Source: a bacterium (lineage in GTDB: Bacteria; Bacillota; Clostridia; Oscillospirales; Oscillospiraceae). From it: a stretch of DNA of 64,000 nucleotides. Below are positions 20,601-29,229 of the stretch, piece after piece. A model generated the notes under the pieces. It had not been told where the DNA came from, ran no database searches, and saw only the letters and a program-made list of their open reading frames with translations. Both the position numbers and the translations under genes were made by a program. The stretch spans positions 7,422 to 71,421 of the forward strand of contig JAHYYS010000001.1 of assembly GCA_019424865.1 (NCBI GenBank), read 5' to 3'. Position 1 is the stretch's first letter, and every line of letters begins with the position of its first letter.

Positions 20601-23600
20601 CTCGTACAGCCCGCCCTGCTTGTAGTTCACCGAGATGTCGTCGCTGTCAATGGCCCACTGGATGCCGTCCTTGAAGGAGTTCCAGCTGTAGTCGTTGTAG
20701 TTGATGCCGATGTAGTCCAGCAGGCCCAGTTCCTGCCGCAGGGACAGGATCTCTTGACTGGTCATGGCCGCGACGTCCGCGTTGTTTTCCGCGGTCAGAT
20801 CGTCGACCAGATCGGTGTTGTCCAGGATAAGGCCAATCGTCTTGTCAATGGGCTGGTCCTCGCTGTCCACGATTTTCAGCGCTTCGGCGTTGTAGACATA
20901 CAGGGGGAAGGAGTCGGTGCTGGGGGACTCCTCGCCGGGATTCTCCACCGACAGCATGACCTGATAGGTGTCCTTCAGGGCGCCGTCTTCCACTGGACTG
21001 AGGTTCAGCGAATAGATGCCGGCACTGCCGGTGAGCGGGCCGTCGAAGACCGCAGTGGAGGTGCTGTCCTCCGTTATCCGCAGGATGGTGAGGGTGGCGG
21101 TCTGGCCATTGTAGTTGTCCACAGACCACGGGATGGCCACGGAACCCGTGCTGTCCAGCAGGTAGATGTTCTCCGGCCGGGTCAGCACAGCCTGGGCGGG
21201 CTCCGGGTTCACCACGATCCACGCCAGAGCGGACAGCCGGATGCCGTCACCGGATCCGTTGGGGTGGGGCATGGATACCCGCACGGTATAGGCCGGGGTA
21301 GCGCCGCTGGAGAGACCGCTGAGCACGTTCTCTGGGATCACGACGCTGTTCTGATCCTTGGCGGCGGTGTAGGTTGCCACCGGGGTCCTGCCTGCAAGCT
21401 CCGCCTCCGCTGTATAATGGCCATAGAATACCTCAATGGTGTACTGGAAGTCCGCGTCCGGGGCAAAGAGCGCCGCGTTGGAGCTCCACAGCACAGCGGC
21501 GGCGGCGTTCTGCCGGGCCACGATGGTGGAGGCCCCCTCGGGGATCACCAGGGCCAGAGAGTCCCCCGCCGTTACGGTGTAGGTCTGGGAGGTACCGGTC
21601 ACGGCGCTGTTTTCAGTGGTGGTGAAGGTAAAGGTCACCGTGCCCACCTTCCGTCCGGTGAGCGTTACCGTGCCGGAGTAGTTGTCCGGGTCGGTGGTGA
21701 TGGCGGCGATTTCCTCATCGCTGCTGGACCAGGTGCCGCTCTGGCTGCTGGCCAGGGTGATACCATCGCTGCCGTATACTTTGGCCGTCAGGGTGGGGCG
21801 GACGGGATCCGCCAAAGAGAGTTCATAGTCTCCGCTGCTGTCATCGGTGACGGTCACGCTGGCGGCCGGCACCAGCGCCCCCACGGTAAAGGCAGCTTTC
21901 AGGCCGCTGTTGTAGGACAGGTCCACCCAGTTCGGCTCAGCCCGCGTGCCCTCGTTGGCCTGAAGGGTGACGGTGTAGGTCACTTCACTCGTCAGCGCCG
22001 CCACGTCAAAGGGCTGGGTGGAGAAGGTGTCGTCCTCGTTCAGATAGACCTGCTCTGCCGCGAACACGTCCCCGCTCCCGTCGGTCACCACCGCCCGATA
22101 GGGGACCTCCCTGGCCTCGCCGCCAGTGGGCGTATGGTAGTTAAGGTACACATTCCGGTATTGAGCCTCATCCGTCAGGCTTACGGTCACGGTGGCCTGC
22201 CCGGCCGCCGCGTCGTAGCTGGCGGACACGCCGGTGGCCGCGTCCCGAAGCAGGACGCTCTCCATCTCCGCGCCCCCGGCGGTCTGGCCGCTGATCTCCG
22301 CCTCGTTGCCGAAGACGTCGGTGACGCCGGTGAAGGAGGTGATGGTCACCTGGGCGCCGTCCGCCTTCTGCACCGGGTACCAGAAGATCAGCTGGTTGCC
22401 TGCCTTGCTCATGTGGAGCTCATCGGCGGTGAACTGCTTGTCGTTGATGGTGATGCTGGCGTCGTCGTTCACATACACCAGCTCGTCAAAGGTGAGGACC
22501 ACCGGCACCAGCTGGCCGGGGCGGTAGGTGCTGCTGGGGGCGGCGGCGGATTTCAGGGTGGGGGCTTTTCCGTCGTCTATCAGCTCCACCGCGGTGTCTT
22601 TCAGCATTCCGTAATTGTATGCCTCCGCGTTAAACCCAATCCCAGGAATATATATGCCGCCCCGCTCCCCACCTTGCACCTCCAGCCTTGCTGGTACGGC
22701 ATTCGTTCCCAGTTTTGTAGAGGCGTCGAATTGCAGGGGTGTTGTCTCCTGGGCAATATTATTGACATTGATATGAAGAAACGAATAATTCATGCCATAG
22801 TTGGGAGTTTGCAGGTCGATCCGGTCGACATTGGCATCCTCTTCTTCCGGCAGGAAGAACATATTCGAAGGGCCGTATTCGCCGGCATCCCAAGCGTTCG
22901 CCCTTATGGTATAGATACAATACGCAGACAAGTTCCCAACCGTAAGCCTGAACTGCACAGCGTCGTTACCAACGTCCTCGACACTGGTATATCCCTTCGC
23001 CCCCTGGAGAAACCGGATAAACGCATTGATTGTCTCTCTGGTGGCGGTTGGCGCATCATTTGTAATACCCAGTGCCTCGTTGGAGCTGCTGGTCACATAC
23101 GTCAGAAACTCAAAGTAGACATCTTTGCTCTTGTGATTATTCTGATTTTCAATAGTGTCAGAGTATAGACTTTCCGGCGACGTCCAATCAGTCTGCATCC
23201 ACTTGGTGGACAGGTCGGGCACATCCACGGTTTGGGTCAGGCGCAGGGTGTGGGCGTCGTAATACTGGCCGCCGCTCTCGAACACGAACCCCTGGGAGTT
23301 CGAGAAGTGGACCGCCGCGGCCAGCTCGCCGTAGGCGTAGTCGGGTACGGTCGGAGTACTGAATACGTTAACCGTTAACGGCGCACCATCGTAAACCGAT
23401 TGATCATTTAAGTTTGCCGTGTATGTCAGTGTAGCCTCAGGGTTGTCTTCGTTTAGTTGGGCAGTTGCCGGTGTCGTAATCCCAGTCATGGTCGAGCCCA
23501 GGGTCACTTCGACCGTGATCCCTTCCAGCAGTCCCGGGTCCAGCGCGACAGTCACGGAAAATTGCTGATTCACCCTGGCCGGGATATATACAGTCGCGCG

Positions 23601-24179
23601 CCCGCTGTTTGCAGAAATTTCTGTGAAATTATCCACATCGAGGACCGACACATTGTCGAGGGTATCTCCCACCCCCGCGCTCTGGAGGGTGATGCCGGCG
23701 GTCTGGAGCTGATTCATCAGGCTGTTCAGGTTGGCCAGAGACTCCCCGTCAAAGGCCTTCCCGGAGAAGTAGGTCTTCTGGATGCGCTGCAGCTCCCGCT
23801 CGATGGCGATGATAGTCCGCAGATCCCCCAGGGCGATGGGCACCCCGTCCACATAGCCCACCCGGCTCAGGTCGGTGCCCGGGCCGTCCAGAAGGGCCTC
23901 GATCTCTTCCAGGGTGTACTCCACCCCGTCCAGCTCCACGGTCTGGTCAATGTCCAGATTGCCGTCCTCGTCCAGCAGGCCGTACTGCTCCAGCAGGGCC
24001 TGGGCCGCTTCGGCGTCGTATCCGGTGAGGGCGCCCAGCTGCTCCAGCAGCGCCTGGTTTTCCGCCGGGCTGTTGCGCAGCAGGCCGCCCACAGCGGCGT
24101 AAACCGTGGACGGCAGGAGCGACAATGTCATACAAGCCGCCAGAAACAGACCAAACAGCCGTTTGCCAAAATGTCTCAT
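14610..24179 (-). CDS. Giant (3189 aa) secreted surface protein with three C-terminal SLH domains
   Basis: Signal peptide MRHFGKRLFGLFLAACMTLSLLPSTVYA, beta-rich Ig-like segments, and SLH repeats FVDVPSGAWY..., FHDVDPDAWY..., YADAPEINAWA...; RBS aggagg. Confidence 0.88.
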   Translation of the reverse strand: MRHFGKRLFGLFLAACMTLSLLPSTVYAAVGGLLRNSPAENQALLEQLGALTGYDAEAAQALLEQYGLLDEDGNLDIDQTVELDGVEYTLEEIEALLDGPGTDLSRVGYVDGVPIALGDLRTIIAIERELQRIQKTYFSGKAFDGESLANLNSLMNQLQTAGITLQSAGVGDTLDNVSVLDVDNFTEISANSGRATVYIPARVNQQFSVTVALDPGLLEGITVEVTLGSTMTGITTPATAQLNEDNPEATLTYTANLNDQSVYDGAPLTVNVFSTPTVPDYAYGELAAAVHFSNSQGFVFESGGQYYDAHTLRLTQTVDVPDLSTKWMQTDWTSPESLYSDTIENQNNHKSKDVYFEFLTYVTSSSNEALGITNDAPTATRETINAFIRFLQGAKGYTSVEDVGNDAVQFRLTVGNLSAYCIYTIRANAWDAGEYGPSNMFFLPEEEDANVDRIDLQTPNYGMNYSFLHINVNNIAQETTPLQFDASTKLGTNAVPARLEVQGGERGGIYIPGIGFNAEAYNYGMLKDTAVELIDDGKAPTLKSAAAPSSTYRPGQLVPVVLTFDELVYVNDDASITINDKQFTADELHMSKAGNQLIFWYPVQKADGAQVTITSFTGVTDVFGNEAEISGQTAGGAEMESVLLRDAATGVSASYDAAAGQATVTVSLTDEAQYRNVYLNYHTPTGGEAREVPYRAVVTDGSGDVFAAEQVYLNEDDTFSTQPFDVAALTSEVTYTVTLQANEGTRAEPNWVDLSYNSGLKAAFTVGALVPAASVTVTDDSSGDYELSLADPVRPTLTAKVYGSDGITLASSQSGTWSSSDEEIAAITTDPDNYSGTVTLTGRKVGTVTFTFTTTENSAVTGTSQTYTVTAGDSLALVIPEGASTIVARQNAAAAVLWSSNAALFAPDADFQYTIEVFYGHYTAEAELAGRTPVATYTAAKDQNSVVIPENVLSGLSSGATPAYTVRVSMPHPNGSGDGIRLSALAWIVVNPEPAQAVLTRPENIYLLDSTGSVAIPWSVDNYNGQTATLTILRITEDSTSTAVFDGPLTGSAGIYSLNLSPVEDGALKDTYQVMLSVENPGEESPSTDSFPLYVYNAEALKIVDSEDQPIDKTIGLILDNTDLVDDLTAENNADVAAMTSQEILSLRQELGLLDYIGINYNDYSWNSFKDGIQWAIDSDDISVNYKQGGLYEDIKLFDFDTYLPELKMGVATVEDGTAAITATHAATGMKADIPVTAHTLREQFYLFQVTPAVETTLRYTNGDGTQRTVRTNSEGVLALYEPSGIASDVWLSSQSGDAEYLGTIYHYDLQSGEGDARKLQLYPLNTFRLREAAMAELTLVKPDGSPYAGTVTVRGGVYKNGYFCETAGLGTTRQNVGAAGANQQDTTFTADTNGKITVYFDFTQFWSAEAGEDKDDLPTATDKIQYVLEVRGIENDAYYPLFQMVDGTVSPMQEMRTASGVMVLEAVPQGEANKPFVARQVIDYHLNDGALIDTRYSTGFVGPNYNFKEAVLTTNVLLWGETGGGTSCTLTMADENGYLPAAQVSTGADRYPFTSIPVVENTLTLNAETMTASGWIPDGKDMGLKIRLTQNGNLVQERTMPFRAIDLTRVTPVNEDEKVTQMVVTLRDASGWDTTGVNFGSGGSSILNALVGDLGELAGPVNTSVFQMLITPSEDPSVFNALIWAGYDSLDLKDVEYKDGVAVSANFMTKGLETDMPSVGDLQAMASGTYDPMGAYDPHRSNRLSDVAGFDFGVQLEGCYEAEIRYNRASGQWEVFTKGGGFTAGMGMEFGFDVNTVVGIVPVTGSFEVGGAIQLSLQAATRYSQQKDADGTELVWSDPDAAAVTDFLTELRLRAYVEAFGGIGFDYSLIALKIGLFGKLDVNSQNRFLSRDYLADADRRQTNGQYLDIQSEVGIKFEAVFALISYKKVLASGKFGVGKDFGSWDDIESYWENTGTGLDSRSLQYAAAMGGLQEVSSTATLQSRDYLEQYARTWGEPQARMSLLSLDATNGVKNLQTNANPASFPELSGDGRVLAYISDGYDADNNPNPSVYDSRAHYSVLGTDGSYGSSQEFPDGGFAGYGDSDVDIAGFIQTGSSMANATAAAAWVRQGAEIPGKDAGDEITAAEQNLLMNSSEIMVSVWSKRQGGDDPGSWTTTRLTANATPDLAPAVAVNGQGKAIVFWRSVYSADPESGLMDFSAQDQILYSVYDGGSWSDAKMLYNGANGSVKGLQAAMMQDGTAIAVYTLDRTGASDGSGQEVGYTIVNSDGTLGRSMLVTSDETLDENPQVSAASLHLTTGTRDQRFILGWHSQRGGESDIQLLAVDGNGAISNTFPASLSALTSSGQADISGDFRFALVWRDNTLGSGYVKALTILWSETVSDETTDGLMTAAHSELKAVRLLAEDTDANNVVDDFRLTAPQVVAELPANTLLDHFDAYVETSYADNSLHPIKAVIQTTYYDQANPESIYDEDTGTTVTIPGEQTMLYTAAQNFEPYGLEVEAIGVDYGNLTADSLTPIQFTVRNTGVNDLADLTVTLGADETAALDTALHPNESATLTVYHKVGQTVADVDYTITSGSGISHSGTVYLDYPDIGISQMKVLEETEGQRTIALTLYNASDAPLAGSGREVKAAFYTDSLLTEKAEVTCNGASSDTVTISGTDLSRIDAGSLTLVLTYNIKDYVEGTLQEQEIPDSGVYLYADVWTEGTIGSQSGAKRLPEYHSSDNQAAVLLTGAYARTGEKTALDVIQTNTDVTTAVVELKNNSLQDQTTAALAATLLDAGGRPLETQTTGITAGTLGGEAVQTSTVQFSKLGARVVVHAAVPGEDILSFDGLPVSIDDFVQGEDGKYTCSLSGVSAEGTLVTAISGENKDVAINGTLSSGAGTQYVPIGVGETVITVTIGSTTYTLNITSTHTSSGGGSSAYRIIVESGSNGKVTASRDTAGAGTTVTLTVVPDDGFRLAGLTATARNGKSVTLNDQGDGKYTFTMPASTVTVKADFVTGASDNFPFVDVPSGAWYEEGVRYVYEHGLMSGTSATLFSPDMTTTRSMIATILWRLEGSPAADYAMTFHDVDPDAWYGEAVRWAASEGIAAGYSSSRFGPHDPITREQLATMLYHYAQYKGCDVSASADLSGYADAPEINAWATTALQWACAEGLISGTSGTTLTPSGSAARAQVAVILMRFCENVAK

Positions 24180-24198
24180 GTTTCATCTCCTCCTTTTT

Positions 24199-24300
24199 CT
24201 ACCCGATCGTCGTTTGTTTTTTGCTTTTCTTCCGGAAGCGAGTCCATACTGCCGTAAAGACTACCGCCGCAGAAAAAGCAAGCACTCCAACCAACACATA
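24199..24300 (-). pseudogene. Orphan 3' end of a membrane-anchored protein gene (TM helix plus basic tail)
   Basis: Reads YVLVGVLAFSAAVVFTAVWTRFRKKSKKQTTIG* just before the SLH-gene RBS; no upstream start or RBS in frame. Confidence 0.55.
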
Positions 24301-24961
24301 TGGCCTGGATGACCCGGAGCTGACGGTGACCGTGGATTACACCAGCGAGGACGAGAATGGCGAGACCCTCTCGGACACCTTGATTCTTCATATCAGCCGG
24401 GATCCCCAGGAGCGCGCCGCCGCGGAGGAGACGGACAGCAGCGGCACGGATGGGGAGGACACGGAAGAGGAGGAAATCACCGCCTACGCCAGAGTGGGGG
24501 AGTCCCAGATTGTCTACCAGATCTCCGGCGACGACTACAAGGCGCTGACGGCGGCCTCCTATGACGACCTGCGGCACCGGGAGGTGCTGTGGGCGGACTT
24601 TGCGGACATTACCCAGCTGGATATCGCGCTGGAGGGCGCAGACTATACCATCACAGTCCAGGGGGATCCGGATGAGCGCACCTACTGGTATCAGGAGGAG
24701 GAAGTGGAGATCGGCGACCTTCAGGACGCCCTGGAGTCCCTGGAGGCGGAGGAGTTCACCAGCCAGTCCCCCACCCAGCAGGAGGAGATCAGCCTGACCG
24801 TCCATCTGGACAATGAGAACTTCCCCCAGGTGCAGATTCAGCTCTACCGCTGGGACGGCACCTGCTGCCTGGCCGTGGTGGACGGCGAACCGGTGTCGCT
24901 GGTTCCGCGCACCCAGGCGGTGGATCTGATGGAGGCGGTGCGCGCCATCGTCCTGAATTAA
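24296..24961 (+). pseudogene. 5'-truncated DUF4340-like protein gene
   Basis: Coding-like sequence starts abruptly at TYGLDDPELTVTV...AYARVGESQIVYQI; the ORF-track start at 24125 lies antisense inside the SLH gene. Confidence 0.6.
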
Positions 24962-24997
24962 GGGCAGGATAAAACCAGGCGGTACCATAAGAAGCGG

Positions 24998-25038
24998 AAA
25001 CGGCGGAAAGCCCCGAACAGCGGGCTTTCCGCCGTTTT
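24998..25038. terminator. Bidirectional terminator hairpin
   Basis: aaacggcggaaagccc...gggctttccgccgtttt. Confidence 0.75.
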
Positions 25039-25052
25039 GTCCCCGCCCTGTT

Positions 25053-25916
25053 TTATGCGCCGTGCCCTGGGGGGTACTCAAATTCAAAGGCGGCGTCCGC
25101 CGCCTCCAGAGAGAGCAGGGGGCGGCCGCCCCTGGACAGCTGATAAAAGGCGCGGCAGGAGACATTTTCCCGGATGGTCCGGGTCATGGCCCCGCCGGTG
25201 GGCGCGGCGAGGGGGTGGGCCTGCCGCTCCAGCAGGCGGGCGGTGAGGGTCAGAGCACCCTGCCGCACCACAATTTCGCCGCCGGAGAGCTTTTCCGCCC
25301 TGGCTCCCAGATAGGTGGCCAGACGGTATTCCCGCCCGTTCAGCTGCACCACGCCGATGACGCCGGTGAAGCAGACGGGACCCAGAGGGATTTCTGCCGC
25401 CGCCAGCATCAGAGATCCGCCGGGAAAGCAGCACTGGGTCCATGCGTACTGCCTGGGAAAGGAGCGGCCCCGGTCCCCCTCGATATAGCCCGTGCTGTCG
25501 GAAAAGCAGTAGTCCCGGCCATTGATCCGCAGGATGCCTTCCACCTGATGGCGCATGCTGAAGACGCTGTGCCGGCACTCCAGAAATGGAATGCGGCAGA
25601 ACGGGCCCATGATGTCGTACCGGATGGGGGAGAGGCCGCGAAAGCGCAGAGAGCCCACGGCGGAGAGGGCCGGGGTGTGCAGGTCCAGCCGGACGCCGCC
25701 GGGAGAGAAGGAGCACCCGCCCAGCCGGGCCCGGGGCAGGTTCCCGTCAACCCGGCACTGGCTGGCGGGGAAGGACACGCTCCAGTGCTCCCGGCCGCTG
25801 ATAAACTGTAAGGAGCCCGACCGGACCCCGCCGACGCAGTGGACGGCGGGGATCAGCGCCAGAGATTCTCCCTGGGCCTGACACCGGAAGTACCAGCCGC
25901 AAAAGGAATTACCCAT
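25053..25916 (-). CDS. Tocopherol cyclase-like family protein
   Basis: F.GWYFR, DIMGPF, ECRHSVFSM.H, GYIEGDRGRSFP..YAWTQ; ATG overlaps the upstream gene end. Confidence 0.65.
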   Translation of the reverse strand: MGNSFCGWYFRCQAQGESLALIPAVHCVGGVRSGSLQFISGREHWSVSFPASQCRVDGNLPRARLGGCSFSPGGVRLDLHTPALSAVGSLRFRGLSPIRYDIMGPFCRIPFLECRHSVFSMRHQVEGILRINGRDYCFSDSTGYIEGDRGRSFPRQYAWTQCCFPGGSLMLAAAEIPLGPVCFTGVIGVVQLNGREYRLATYLGARAEKLSGGEIVVRQGALTLTARLLERQAHPLAAPTGGAMTRTIRENVSCRAFYQLSRGGRPLLSLEAADAAFEFEYPPGHGA

Positions 25917-27342
25917 GGGCAATGTCCTCCTGAGCCGGGCCGGAGACCCGCCGCCCCCGGCAGTCAAACCGGGAGCCGTGACAGGGGCAGTCCCAGCTCC
26001 TCTCCTCCGGATTCCACTCCAGCTGACAGCCCAGGTGGGGACAGCGGGCCTTCACCGGGTGGGGCGCACCCTCCCGGTCCCGGTAAACGCCGGATTTTTT
26101 GCCGCCCCAAAAGGCGATGCCGCCCTGTCCCGCCGGGATATCCGACGCCGGCTGCCCGGGAATTTGGAACAGGCACTTGGCCAGCCCCTTGGCCGCGTGG
26201 CCGCTCTCCGCCAGTATCCCGGCGGCCGCCTTCGGGGAGAGCCGCCCGGGATCGAACACGTCCGCCCAGGCGGGCGCGGAGGAGCAGATCAGATCCCGCA
26301 GCAGCAGAGCGGCCACCATGGAGGAGGTCATGCCCCACTTTTGAAAGCCGGTGGCCACATACCAGTATGGGCGGCCGGCGGCATAGCGCCCGATATAGGG
26401 CACGCCATCTGCGGTCATGCAGTCCTGGGCCGACCAGCAGGCCGCCTCCTGACAGCCGGGGAACCAGACCCGCGCCTTCCGGCGCAGGCGGTCGTAGCAG
26501 CCGCCCTGGGGATTTTCCCCGGTGCGGTGGCCCTCGCCCCCAAGCAGGAGGAACCCCCCGCAGCTGCGCAGGGAGACGCCCCCCGGATCCGCGCCCAAAA
26601 ACATGCCCTCTGACACGGACGCTCCGCGCAGGGCCAGCACATAGGACCGCTCCTGGTGCATCCGGGCAAAGTACAGACCGGGGACGTTGACAAAGGGGAA
26701 GTGGCAGGCAAACACAATATGCTCCGCCCTCACCCGGCCGCGCCGGGTGAGGACGGTATGCCCCTTCACGGCCAGAACCGGGGTGTCTTCAAAGACGGTG
26801 AGCTTGTCCGAGATGGCCTTGAGAAATTTCAGGGGATGGAACTGGGCCTGGTGCTGGAATTCCACCGCCCCTGCCGCGGGAAAGGGGAGGGAGAAGCGGG
26901 TGGTAAAGCGGGCGGGCAGGCCCAGGGAGGCTGCTGCCTGGGCCTCGGACCGGAGCTGCTCCGCGTTGCTGCCATAGAGATAGGCGCTGCGCTCCTCCCA
27001 GCCGCAGGAGATGCCCTGCTCCTGTACCAGGCGCCGGTATGTCCGGACGGCGGCCTCGTTGGCCTGGGCATAGTGCCCGGCCCGCTCCCGGCCGAATGTG
27101 GAAATCAGGTTTTGATAGATCAGACCGTGCTGGGAGGTGATTTTAGCCGTGGTGTTCCGGGTCTGGCCGCCGCCGATCCGGTCGGCCTCCAGCACGACTG
27201 TCCTGCAGCCGGCCTGCTGCAGAGCGGCTGCAATTAAAATGCCGGCCATGCCGGCGCCGATCACGGCGGCGTCGCAGACAAGATCTCCCGGAAGGCTGTC
27301 GCGGCGCGGGATCTGGCAGGTCTCAGACCAGATGGAATTCAT
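25909..27342 (-). CDS. FAD-dependent oxidoreductase with C-terminal Rieske domain (YhfW-like)
   Basis: VIGAGMAG, TTAKITSQHG, WSAQDC, CPHLGC...WDCPCHGSRF. Confidence 0.88.
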   Translation of the reverse strand: MNSIWSETCQIPRRDSLPGDLVCDAAVIGAGMAGILIAAALQQAGCRTVVLEADRIGGGQTRNTTAKITSQHGLIYQNLISTFGRERAGHYAQANEAAVRTYRRLVQEQGISCGWEERSAYLYGSNAEQLRSEAQAAASLGLPARFTTRFSLPFPAAGAVEFQHQAQFHPLKFLKAISDKLTVFEDTPVLAVKGHTVLTRRGRVRAEHIVFACHFPFVNVPGLYFARMHQERSYVLALRGASVSEGMFLGADPGGVSLRSCGGFLLLGGEGHRTGENPQGGCYDRLRRKARVWFPGCQEAACWSAQDCMTADGVPYIGRYAAGRPYWYVATGFQKWGMTSSMVAALLLRDLICSSAPAWADVFDPGRLSPKAAAGILAESGHAAKGLAKCLFQIPGQPASDIPAGQGGIAFWGGKKSGVYRDREGAPHPVKARCPHLGCQLEWNPEERSWDCPCHGSRFDCRGRRVSGPAQEDIAHG

Positions 27343-27397
27343 AGGCACAGGCTCCTTATCTTTTGGGGCTGGGCGGTATAGACCGCCTTACTCCTGT

Positions 27398-27428
27398 TAT
27401 AAATTCCCAGCAGAGCCCTGCTTTATAC
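27398..27428 (-). promoter_or_regulatory. Forespore sigma-F/G-type promoter for the YhfW-like gene
   Basis: GTATA-15 bp-GGGAATTTATA resembles the sigma-F consensus GYATA-15-GGnrAnAnT. Confidence 0.45.
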
Positions 27429-27486
27429 GGCTTCCAGCTCTGGAATTCTGATGTACCGCCGCCCGGGTGGGCGGCGGGCGGCGGCT

Positions 27487-28869
27487 TCAGATGGTGGTCA
27501 CGATGTCGCAGCAGCGGAAATCCGTATCGATGGTGTTGGCAATCAGGCGGGCCTTGAAGCTGCGCCGGTCACACATGGCCTGTGTGCTTCCGCCCGAGAC
27601 ATCCAGATCCTCGGGCACGACAAATTTGATGCACCGGACCTGTACATCCCGGCAGGAGGGAGCGTTGTGGGCCGGAATGGTGACGGTTTTCATCCCGCGC
27701 TGGTGCTCCTCGCCGTGTTCGTCCACCTCCGTGAGGATGACGGCCAGCGCCACCCGCTTTCCGGGGCAGACATTTTTGATGGTGGCGTCCACCTGGATGA
27801 TACGGCCCAGGGATTCCTGATAGACATCCCCCAGGTTTACCTGCACGGAATCCTGGCACCCCTCCGTCGTGAAGTCCACCGGCGTGGGGCAGGGCTCGGG
27901 GGTCACCACCACGCCGCAGTCCACCTCCACGGTGGGCGCGGGGAAGGAGACCGTGTTGCCCTCGTTGTCGGAGTAGGTGATGGACTGATTGACCAGCTTG
28001 ACACCGGAGGTCTGGGCGGTGTGCTGGATGATAAATTCCAGAATCGCGCTCTCCGAGGCGGTGGTGCCCAGCTCCGGGATGTTCCACCGCAGCGTGTTGG
28101 TGCCCAGCGTGGTCACGGTGCCCTTGCTGGGAGCCAGGACGCTGGTGATGACGAAGTCGGGGTTGACCGTCTCGTTGATCACAATGTCGGCGGCGCCCGG
28201 CTTGGAGATGTTGGCGGCCAGCTGGGCAAACAGCGCCTCCAGGTCGGCGGCGTCCGGAGTGACCGCCACATGGGAGGCGTCCGGGTCGGTGGCCCACTCG
28301 TTCAGTGCGCTGACATCCACGCCGTCAGAGCCCACCAGGCCGATGGCATAGATGATGATCCCCTGGGATCTGGCCAGAGCGGCCACAGGGGCGGGGGGCG
28401 CGCCGGTGGTGGTGTTGCCGTCGGTGAACATGACGATAACCTTTGCGTTGCCGGAGGCGGGCTCAAAGAGCTGAATGGCCTTGGTAAAGGCGTCCGCGTG
28501 GTTGGTGTTCCCGCCGGCGCTGAGATCGTCCACGGCGTTTTTCAGCGTGTCCACGGAGGTGATCAGCTGCGTATCCGCGGTGGCGGTGGCGGCAAAGCTG
28601 ACGATGCCGATGCGGTTGCCCGAGCCGATCAGGCCGTCCGCCGCGCCGCCGGTGGCCTCGGAGATGATGTCGATGAAGGTTTTGGCGCCCTCCTTCATGC
28701 TGGCCAGCGGCGCACCGCTCATGCTGCCGGACCGATCCAGCACCAGCGCAATGTCGGTGGGATTGGTGAGAATATCGGGAGCGGCTGTCAGCGCCAGCGT
28801 AACGCGCACCGAACCGTCGCAGCCGGTTTGGGTCATGTTGATAACTTTATTGGAATTTGCAACACCCAT
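27487..28869 (-). CDS. vWA-domain protein with Cys-containing C-terminal region, probably spore-associated
   Basis: MIDAS motif LVLDRSGSM, GGNTN, MFTDG; no signal peptide; CATACCAT -10 upstream. Confidence 0.8.
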   Translation of the reverse strand: MGVANSNKVINMTQTGCDGSVRVTLALTAAPDILTNPTDIALVLDRSGSMSGAPLASMKEGAKTFIDIISEATGGAADGLIGSGNRIGIVSFAATATADTQLITSVDTLKNAVDDLSAGGNTNHADAFTKAIQLFEPASGNAKVIVMFTDGNTTTGAPPAPVAALARSQGIIIYAIGLVGSDGVDVSALNEWATDPDASHVAVTPDAADLEALFAQLAANISKPGAADIVINETVNPDFVITSVLAPSKGTVTTLGTNTLRWNIPELGTTASESAILEFIIQHTAQTSGVKLVNQSITYSDNEGNTVSFPAPTVEVDCGVVVTPEPCPTPVDFTTEGCQDSVQVNLGDVYQESLGRIIQVDATIKNVCPGKRVALAVILTEVDEHGEEHQRGMKTVTIPAHNAPSCRDVQVRCIKFVVPEDLDVSGGSTQAMCDRRSFKARLIANTIDTDFRCCDIVTTI

Positions 28870-29229
28870 TGTGTTACCTCCTTCTGGGGAGGTGCCCCGA
28901 TTCCATGGTATGCGCGGGCCGGGATACCTGACACCGGGGGACTGCGCCGCCGCAGATCAAAGGGTTAATCCCCGAGCTCGGGCGGGGAAAGAAGCACAGA
29001 AAAAGAGCGGGCAGGAAGGAATGTTACAGGGAATCCTTCTTGTCATTTGGACAGGCATACAGTATAATAAAAACAGCAGCAGCCCATCGCTGCATGGTCA
29101 GCCGCATGGAGCGCCTTCCTCCATGCGGCTGTTTTTACAGCCGGCAGAAAAGAGAATTTGTGGGGGCCGTATGCGCATGGGTCTGGACGTCCCGGAAGGC
29201 CGGAAGGGTCCGGGGGGGAGGGATGAGGT

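Noticed and set aside
14373..23168. Long plus-strand ORFs (606, 442, 650, 1037 aa) and similar antisense ORFs opposite addA, addB, ackA and others
   Set aside because: These are shadow frames produced by high GC3 bias of real genes; they have no RBS or recognisable motifs.
24125..24295. N-terminal part of the 278-aa ORF as real coding sequence
   Set aside because: It is antisense to the SLH gene start and to a TM-tail fragment, and has no RBS.
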